A stretch of 40,276 bases of DNA from a virus (taxonomy: Duplodnaviria; Heunggongvirae; Uroviricota; Caudoviricetes), in IMG/VR virus record IMGVR_UViG_2713896903_000005. One strand, written 5' to 3'. Under the pieces are notes generated by a model, which did no database searches, was not told the origin of the DNA, and saw only the letters and a list, made by a program, of their open reading frames with translations. Both the position numbers and the translations under genes were made by a program. This document shows, one piece after another, positions 34,201 to 40,276 of the stretch. Positions within the stretch are counted from its first letter, which is position 1, and the number at the start of each line of letters is the position of its first letter.

Positions 34201-36111
34201 ATGACGGTCTCAACAGAAGTTGACCACAACGAATATACAGGTAACGGTGTTACAACTACGTTCCCTTATACCTTTAGGATTTTCCAGAAATCTGATCTGG
34301 TAGTACAAGTGGTTGACCTTGATGAAAATATCACAGTTCTTGCTCTTGATACTGATTACACAGTTACCGGGGCGGGAGGGTATAACGGTGGTAATGTAAT
34401 TCTGTCGAAGGCGTTGGCTAACGGTTATCAGATTTCTATGTATCGAGAGCTACCGGTTACGCAGGAAACCGATCTGCGCAATCAGGGTAAGTTCTTTGCA
34501 GAGGTGCATGAGGATGCGTTTGATAAGCTAACGATGCTGATCCAGCAGGTTCGCAGTTTGTTTACCTTGGCGCTTCGCAAGCCATCATTCGTGGCAAACT
34601 ATTATGATGCTTTGAATAATTACATCCGTAATCTTCGTGACCCGTCTCATCCTCAGGATGCAGCCACCAAGAATTATGTAGATACGCTGGCCAACGGAAA
34701 CCTAAACAGGGTGCTAAGAGTTCCAGAAGCATCCATACCTTCTCTTCCTGACGTTAATGGAAGGAGAAATAAAGCATTAAGTTTTGATGCATCTGGTAAC
34801 CCCTTGCTTTTAGATCCTGCAGGCAGTGGATTATGGGGATATGTTCTTATCGATTCGTTCCAGGCTGGAGCAAAAATATCAACCCGTTACGAAGCATTGC
34901 ATTGGCCTCTTCCTGATGGGGATGGTGAATATTATCGTTGGGATGGAGTATTGCCTAAGGAAGTCCCTGCAGGATCAACCCCTGACTCAACTGGTGGAAT
35001 AGGAATTGGGGCGTGGGTTGGTATAGGTGATGCATCATTAAGATCTGACTTGGCAGATAATCTAATCCCAGGAGCAAGCTTGGTATCAATACATTCTGGG
35101 ACGGTTAACGATGCTCTTGTGTATAACACTCCAGAAATGTTTGGCGCGCGACCAGACGGTTCTGTAGATGCATCTTCAGCTATTATTGCAGCAGGAAAGG
35201 ATGGCATTGGTAGTTATGGTGTAAATAAAGTTCTCCTCACAGGAGGTTCAGAAAGAACATTTGATATACAGTCTGATACAAATTCTCTTATCCTGTCATT
35301 CGGAAGACCATTTATTAATGGTATGGGAAATGGTGAGATAATCGATGTAAGAAGAACGATAAATCGCCCTATTAATAATAAAGGCCATTCTTCTTATCTT
35401 ATAGCTCACCGTGGGTATGTGAATGTACATGCTGAAAATACGGTCGCATCAATTAGTCTTGCGGCAAAATCTTGCCATGCTGTAGAGGTTGATGTTCAGA
35501 CCACATCTGACGGTCGATATGTTGTTTTTCATGACTTTACCACTGGTAATTTAATGAATAATGATCTAACTGTAGCAACATCAACCCTAGAACAACTTCA
35601 GGCATTAAAATATAAGAAAATGATTGGTACAAAATATGAGTACCATTGCAGGATTCCTACATTTGAGCAAGTTCTTGACGCTTGCCGTAGAACAGGCACT
35701 GAAATTTGGTGGGAGATTATGTCAACCAATACACCAGATCAAGTTGATGGTATGATACAGGCCGTCATTGATTATGGAATGGAACACAATGCTGTTTGCA
35801 CCACCGGAGTAGTATCTAACTTATATCTTCTCCGCAATAAATCTGAAGATATGAGAGTTCAATTAACTTCATCCAGCGCGACCCCCGATGAAACAGTGAA
35901 AGATATGGTTCGTCATCTTCGCCATATTGGTAATGGAACTCTTGCAATTGAGTATATTGACATGACAAACAGGCCATGGATACCTGAATATTGTTACCAA
36001 CGAGGCGTGGATATTGTTGTTTACACATTGTTTGCGTCTTATCAGGCGGTTCAAGCAAGAAACATCGGGATTCGGCAGATCATGTGTAACCAACAAGTAG
36101 GAGTTGAATAA
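34201..36111 (+). CDS. tailspike with C-terminal glycerophosphodiester phosphodiesterase (GDPD)-like domain
   Basis: N-terminus (NEYTGNGVTTTFPYTFRIF) matches the conserved particle-binding domain of podovirus tail fibres and tailspikes; C-terminal region carries GDPD-type motifs (IAHRG...ENT...VEVDV...DGRYVVFHD, later RIPTFEQVL...EIWWEI); SD GGAG. Confidence 0.7.
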   Translation: MTVSTEVDHNEYTGNGVTTTFPYTFRIFQKSDLVVQVVDLDENITVLALDTDYTVTGAGGYNGGNVILSKALANGYQISMYRELPVTQETDLRNQGKFFAEVHEDAFDKLTMLIQQVRSLFTLALRKPSFVANYYDALNNYIRNLRDPSHPQDAATKNYVDTLANGNLNRVLRVPEASIPSLPDVNGRRNKALSFDASGNPLLLDPAGSGLWGYVLIDSFQAGAKISTRYEALHWPLPDGDGEYYRWDGVLPKEVPAGSTPDSTGGIGIGAWVGIGDASLRSDLADNLIPGASLVSIHSGTVNDALVYNTPEMFGARPDGSVDASSAIIAAGKDGIGSYGVNKVLLTGGSERTFDIQSDTNSLILSFGRPFINGMGNGEIIDVRRTINRPINNKGHSSYLIAHRGYVNVHAENTVASISLAAKSCHAVEVDVQTTSDGRYVVFHDFTTGNLMNNDLTVATSTLEQLQALKYKKMIGTKYEYHCRIPTFEQVLDACRRTGTEIWWEIMSTNTPDQVDGMIQAVIDYGMEHNAVCTTGVVSNLYLLRNKSEDMRVQLTSSSATPDETVKDMVRHLRHIGNGTLAIEYIDMTNRPWIPEYCYQRGVDIVVYTLFASYQAVQARNIGIRQIMCNQQVGVE

Positions 36112-36923
36112 TGAATATTTCAAGAATGGGGTGGAAACATTACGTAACCTCTGGAACTGGTACAATAAATATCAGTGAAGATAGAGAAACTTTATACATG
36201 TCTGCAAGCGCTGGGCTAACAACTTTAGCAACAACGGAAATTGTTGCTGATGCTGAGAGTGAAATTGAGGTGACATTCGAGGCTAGATATATAGCCAATT
36301 CAATCACAGGTACTGATTATGCGATTTGTGGTATTTATTATTTTGGATTTCAGAACGAGAACGGTGGTGGTTTAGGTAACAGCTTCTCGGAGTTGCGCAT
36401 AACATCTAACGAGCTACAAACATATACGGCGAAATTGATTGTGCCAGCTACTAAAAACGAACTTAATTCTAATAGAATTGAGATCAGGTTTAATATTCCT
36501 AACAATGCTGACGGTTCTCTTTATGTTATTGGATATCCACGGGTGTCTATTAAGCGTTCTGCAATTGGGGTTTCGAGAATTATCGCAAAAGGTATCATAG
36601 ATCTCGTTCAGAATTCCGGCTCTGATGAAGTAGTTGTTAAGTTAATTAGTTGTAACAATGTTTCCAATGTTACGATGACATCAAGTAATCAAAATGTAGA
36701 AATAAATCTTGAAAGTTTTCCGAGAATTTACCCGGAAACGCCAATGTTTACCGCTACGATGATTCCGCAGGGAGATGAAGTTCCTGGAATGTATCAGCCC
36801 TTATATTTAACGTTTGATGCAAAAAGCAAAAAACTAACAATGGCATTTAAAAATGCATCTGGATCACGAATTGCAATATATCAAGCAAGACATCTGCGGT
36901 TTAACTTCACAATAACAATCTGA
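36111..36923 (+). CDS. hypothetical protein translationally coupled to the tailspike
   Basis: 270 aa; TAATG stop/start overlap with the tailspike gene and SD AGGAG; AT-rich, beta-rich. Confidence 0.45.
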   Translation: MNISRMGWKHYVTSGTGTINISEDRETLYMSASAGLTTLATTEIVADAESEIEVTFEARYIANSITGTDYAICGIYYFGFQNENGGGLGNSFSELRITSNELQTYTAKLIVPATKNELNSNRIEIRFNIPNNADGSLYVIGYPRVSIKRSAIGVSRIIAKGIIDLVQNSGSDEVVVKLISCNNVSNVTMTSSNQNVEINLESFPRIYPETPMFTATMIPQGDEVPGMYQPLYLTFDAKSKKLTMAFKNASGSRIAIYQARHLRFNFTITI

Positions 36924-37130
36924 GTTTACACAAACACAATCACAAACCCATTATGGCTCATATTGGAGAAAGATTAGCACAAAACACCCCATAACCTTAA
37001 CAAGGTATGATTCTGGGAAAATAACCCAAAAGGTAATTTCCACAATGGTGTTAGCTTGTTTTAATACATATACGGTTTGTTGTGTATAATTGACTCACCA
37101 ACTAAGGGGGTTATTCATGTACAGTAAACG

Positions 37131-37535
37131 ATGGTCACTATGGCTCATGTGCTAACAACAGAGTCGGTTAATCAGGGGCTTAGTATGACTGCTCTGGCTT
37201 CGGTTTTTGTTGGTATACCACCAGAAGTGGCGCTTGGTGCTTTATCAGGTGCGGTAATATTTATTACCTCTGCTGTTGAATATCCAATACGCCGCCGGGT
37301 TATCCTGTCGATGCTCAGCTTCCTCTGCGGGCTTCTCTTCTACAAACCAACAGCATCAATCCTTATCGGCGTAGCCAGCCTGATCCCAACTATCACGCAG
37401 GATTCATTCGAGAAAGGGATCGTTTTCTCTGTCGGCGCATTTGTTTCGGCAATTGTTGCAGTACGCATTGGTATCTGGCTCTATCATCGTTCCGACAATC
37501 CACGCGATTTAATCCCGGGGGAGAAAAGACGATGA
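37131..37535 (+). CDS. holin-like membrane protein
   Basis: 134 aa with several hydrophobic helices, first gene of the lysis cassette; start could be 37140; a 12-codon ORF (37117..37155) with strong SD overlaps the start. Confidence 0.45.
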   Translation: MVTMAHVLTTESVNQGLSMTALASVFVGIPPEVALGALSGAVIFITSAVEYPIRRRVILSMLSFLCGLLFYKPTASILIGVASLIPTITQDSFEKGIVFSVGAFVSAIVAVRIGIWLYHRSDNPRDLIPGEKRR

Positions 37536-37840
37536 CAACTCATGAGCTGCTTTTACTCATTGTCAATGCGGTTATCTGTTCTGTGATAGCAATCCGCGTC
37601 GGAACCTTCCAGCGTAATGGATCGCAACACCGTCGGTGGGGAGGTTGGATAGCCTACTTCCTTATCGTAGCGTCAGCCAGCATCCCAGTCCGGGCTGCAT
37701 ATGCAATCTGGTTACACACGACAATGGCTGTGGATTTATCTGAGGTAATTATTAACGCTGTCATGCTTGCTGCGGTTCTTAAAACTCGCGGTAACGTCGT
37801 TCAAATTTTCAAAATAACGAGGTCTAAACATGGAGATTAA
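37532..37840 (+). CDS. holin or antiholin
   Basis: 102 aa with about three transmembrane helices; immediately upstream of, and overlapping, the endolysin gene. Confidence 0.5.
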   Translation: MTTHELLLLIVNAVICSVIAIRVGTFQRNGSQHRRWGGWIAYFLIVASASIPVRAAYAIWLHTTMAVDLSEVIINAVMLAAVLKTRGNVVQIFKITRSKHGD

Positions 37841-38459
37841 ACAATTCCAGCGAGCTGCTGGTATTAGCGAGGCGCTGGCCGAACGCTGGTTCCCGCATAT
37901 AACTTCAGCGATGAAAGAGTTTGGAATCAGCAAACCCGAAGATCAGGCAATGTTTATTGCTCAGGTCGGGCATGAGTCTGGGAGCTTCACTCGGTTGCAG
38001 GAGAATTTCAACTACAGTGTCTGTGGACTGGCTAACTTCGTTCGGGCTGGGCGCCTCACTCAGGGGCAGGCTAATGCACTGGGTCGCCGTGCTGGTGAAC
38101 CGCCATTACCACTCGAGCGACAGCGCGCGATCGCAAATCTGGTGTACAGCAAACGCATGGGTAACAATGCTCCTGGCGATGGCTGGAATTACCGTGGGCG
38201 CGGACTTATCCAGATTACCGGTTTGAATAATTATCGTGACTGTGGAAACGGTCTGAAGGTTGACCTGCTGGAGAGTCCTGAACTGCTGGCGCAGGACGAA
38301 TATGCGGCTCGTAGCGCGGCGTGGTTCTTCTCCAGCAAAGGCTGCATGAAGTATACCGGCGATATTGCACATGTAACTCTGATTATCAATGGTGGCAGGA
38401 ATGGCATCGACGATCGGCTCGCGCGGTACGTCACTGCCAGTAAGGTGATGGCTGTATGA
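37830..38459 (+). CDS. endolysin, glycoside hydrolase family 19 (chitinase-like lysozyme)
   Basis: GH19-type motifs [12 protein letters not shown] and [15 protein letters not shown]; located between the holin and spanin genes. Confidence 0.8.
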   Translation: MEIKQFQRAAGISEALAERWFPHITSAMKEFGISKPEDQAMFIAQVGHESGSFTRLQENFNYSVCGLANFVRAGRLTQGQANALGRRAGEPPLPLERQRAIANLVYSKRMGNNAPGDGWNYRGRGLIQITGLNNYRDCGNGLKVDLLESPELLAQDEYAARSAAWFFSSKGCMKYTGDIAHVTLIINGGRNGIDDRLARYVTASKVMAV

Positions 38460-38944
38460 TCTGGGCATTCGTAAAAGCATACCGGAAACAGTTGCTTATC
38501 GTGGCGATGCTTGCTGTTCTGGTCATGTTTGGAGTTGTTACATGGAATTTACATGGCAGTCGTCAGTACGACGCCGGGTATGCGCAGGCGAAGGAAGATC
38601 AGAAACAGGCTGATGATAAGTTCAGGTCACAGCGTGAGCAGGAGAAAACACAAATTGAACGTGAAGCACAATCCCGTATTGATGCGGCGCGTGCTGATGC
38701 TGAGTATGCTAATACCGCTGCTGACAGCATGCGCGCCGAGATTGACAAAACCAAGCGACTCGCCGAACACTATACCGGATCTTTCCCCCCTGGCACGCCA
38801 GCCAGCAAGGTCATCGGTGTGCTCGCCGACATGCTTGAAGAAAGCAACCGAGTTTACAATGCAACAGCAGTTGAGGCTGAAAAGTATCGTATCGCAGGGG
38901 AATTCTGCGAGCAGCAATACGACTCATTGAAGAAGCAAAAATAG
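38456..38944 (+). CDS. i-spanin (Rz-like)
   Basis: 162 aa; N-terminal transmembrane helix, charged coiled-coil periplasmic domain; overlaps the endolysin stop. Confidence 0.65.
   Translation: MIWAFVKAYRKQLLIVAMLAVLVMFGVVTWNLHGSRQYDAGYAQAKEDQKQADDKFRSQREQEKTQIEREAQSRIDAARADAEYANTAADSMRAEIDKTKRLAEHYTGSFPPGTPASKVIGVLADMLEESNRVYNATAVEAEKYRIAGEFCEQQYDSLKKQK
38682..38930 (+). CDS. o-spanin (Rz1-like) embedded in the Rz frame
   Basis: +1-frame ORF inside Rz starting [17 protein letters not shown], with lipobox LLTAC, followed by a Pro-rich mature region. Confidence 0.55.
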   Translation: MRRVLMLSMLIPLLTACAPRLTKPSDSPNTIPDLSPLARQPARSSVCSPTCLKKATEFTMQQQLRLKSIVSQGNSASSNTTH

Positions 38945-39115
38945 GGGTATTGATTTCCGGTGACGGTATATAAAACGGTACGGGAAAAATTTAGTTTTTG
39001 AAAAATGTTATCACTCAATTGGTTATGGTATCCGTAAATAATTGAGTGGGGAATAAATCCGACAACGCATTGCAACATTTTCTTGTCGGGTAGGGCTGCC
39101 GTATATTTTAGTCAC

Positions 39116-39146
39116 AAAACCCTCCGTTCTCTGGAGGGTTTTTTTG
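39116..39146 (+). terminator. intrinsic terminator downstream of the lysis cassette
   Basis: CCCTCC-GTTCTCT-GGAGGG hairpin followed by TTTTTTT. Confidence 0.65.
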
Positions 39147-39185
39147 TATATATAAAAAAGCCCATAATTCTTACGAATCATGGGC
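39146..39185 (-). terminator. intrinsic terminator for the convergent minus-strand operon
   Basis: Minus strand: imperfect hairpin GCCCATGATTC-GTAA-GAATTATGGGC followed by TTTTTTATATATA. Confidence 0.5.
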
Positions 39186-39204
39186 TTTATGGTAGAGAAA
39201 GCAA

Positions 39205-39744
39205 TTAGTTAAACCAGCTATCAGATTTATTTTCTTCTGCTTTGCCGGCACTTTTCATCAAATCGCGTCCGCCTTCCGACATATTGCGGTTCGCATCGGC
39301 TTCTGACTGAACAACATCAGTATGCGCAGCCTGACGCTTAAGCTCCTGATCGATGTACTCGTTTTCCCTTTTTACTCGCGCTTCTTCTTTCGCCAGTGCC
39401 AGTTTTTGCTTCTGGATTTCTAAACTGCGCAACTCATCTTCATAACCTTGATCACGCTGTTTATCTTTGGTGGCTTCAGCATCCAACTTGTCCTGACGAG
39501 CTTGTCGTGCTGCCGCAGCAGCTGCGGCTTTCTTATTCGCTGCTGCCTGCGCATTTGCGCGTCGTTGCCTTTCTTGTTGGACTTCTCTGTTGCGCTCCGC
39601 TACCCATTCATCATGCTCTTTTTTCTCTTCATTTTTGCCCTGCTGTTCAGCTTCTGCAACTGCGGAGAGCTGATCCTGTAATGAAGAGGCAAAGGTTGTG
39701 TTGCTTAGCGTAGCCAGAATTGCGCACAGCAGTATTTTCTTCAT
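39205..39744 (-). CDS. secreted coiled-coil protein (periplasmic), function unknown
   Basis: ATG at 39744 gives signal peptide MKKILLCAILATLSNTTFA; the rest is highly charged, Ala/Gln/Glu/Lys-rich; SD AGGGGGGGG. Confidence 0.45.
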   Translation of the reverse strand: MKKILLCAILATLSNTTFASSLQDQLSAVAEAEQQGKNEEKKEHDEWVAERNREVQQERQRRANAQAAANKKAAAAAAARQARQDKLDAEATKDKQRDQGYEDELRSLEIQKQKLALAKEEARVKRENEYIDQELKRQAAHTDVVQSEADANRNMSEGGRDLMKSAGKAEENKSDSWFN

Positions 39745-39760
39745 GACCCCCCCCTGATGA

Positions 39761-40276
39761 TTATTTTTTCTCAGGGCATGTCGCGTTTGGCTGAATGCGG
39801 GTTTCATTGTAAGCAGTGGAGATAACAACTGCTAAACCAGTAGTGAATTGGCACTGTTTGCCAACCTGGGTTGAGGTATAAACTTTTTTCCCGTCTTTAT
39901 AGGTTAAAGACACACCTTCAACTAAAGTTTTATCACTTACCATGGAGCCTGCTGCCGCACCTGCCGCACCACCTCCGACTGCACCAGCCGTGGTATTCAG
40001 GCTGCTGCCGGAACCTACGTTATGGCCCACAACACCACCTGCCACTGCACCAAGAACAGCGCCAAAAGTCTGTGCTGCTTGTTTATTTTTCGTATTATCT
40101 ACCGCTACTTTTGCTGGTAGCACGGAAATAATATTAACTGTTTTGGTCTCTTGTTTTGAGTTCAGCTGATCTGTTTGATAAACATCAGCAGCATGATCAT
40201 CTGCATTGGATTGACAGCCAGCGAGAGTGAAAGAAGCCAAAATAGCTACAGGTAAGAAACATTTTTTAAAGTTCAT
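39761..40276 (-). CDS. SlyB-like glycine-zipper outer-membrane lipoprotein
   Basis: Lipoprotein signal with lipobox LAGC; Gly-zipper segment (GAVLGAVAGGVVGHNVGSG...AGAVGGGAAGAAAG) and overall pattern like the SlyB/Pcp family; may be host flank or phage cargo. Confidence 0.55.
   Translation of the reverse strand: MNFKKCFLPVAILASFTLAGCQSNADDHAADVYQTDQLNSKQETKTVNIISVLPAKVAVDNTKNKQAAQTFGAVLGAVAGGVVGHNVGSGSSLNTTAGAVGGGAAGAAAGSMVSDKTLVEGVSLTYKDGKKVYTSTQVGKQCQFTTGLAVVISTAYNETRIQPNATCPEKK

Noticed and set aside
1-40276. CRISPR arrays, rRNA genes, integrase and transposase
   Set aside because: No spacer-repeat arrays, rRNA-like sequence or recombinase-like ORF was seen in this window; the integrase, if present, probably lies beyond the left edge.

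Overview
Almost the whole window reads as one temperate phage (prophage) genome from an enterobacterial host, annotated by eye from the sequence and the supplied ORF track; no database search was run. From left to right: a leftward early operon on the minus strand (Kil-position small ORF, Gam-like ORF, PD-(D/E)XK exonuclease, RecT/Bet-like annealase, AlpA/Xis-like protein, orphan N6-adenine methyltransferase); an immunity switch (tandem-HTH repressor with no peptidase domain, divergent Cro-like gene); replication genes (O-like with in-gene iterons, P-like); a nin-like set of small genes; terS/terL; a minus-strand moron plus tRNA-Arg(UCU); portal, scaffold and capsid genes; T7-type tail-tube and internal virion proteins, one with a lytic transglycosylase domain; an AT-rich accessory region laid out like P22 immI (secreted and membrane morons, Bro-N antirepressor, a LexA-boxed short antirepressor); a tailspike with a C-terminal glycerophosphodiesterase-like domain; and a lysis cassette (two holin-like proteins, GH19 endolysin, Rz with embedded Rz1). 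The last 1.1 kb carries two envelope protein genes that may be host flank or cargo. No integrase, Q-like antiterminator, rRNA or CRISPR array was seen. The most unusual signals are a 15-bp palindrome TTACC-N5-GGTAA at nearly every promoter region (10 perfect copies), a 12-bp palindrome GTGACATGTCAC at three module junctions, and the phosphodiesterase-type tailspike. Coordinates of short motifs may be off by 1-2 bp.
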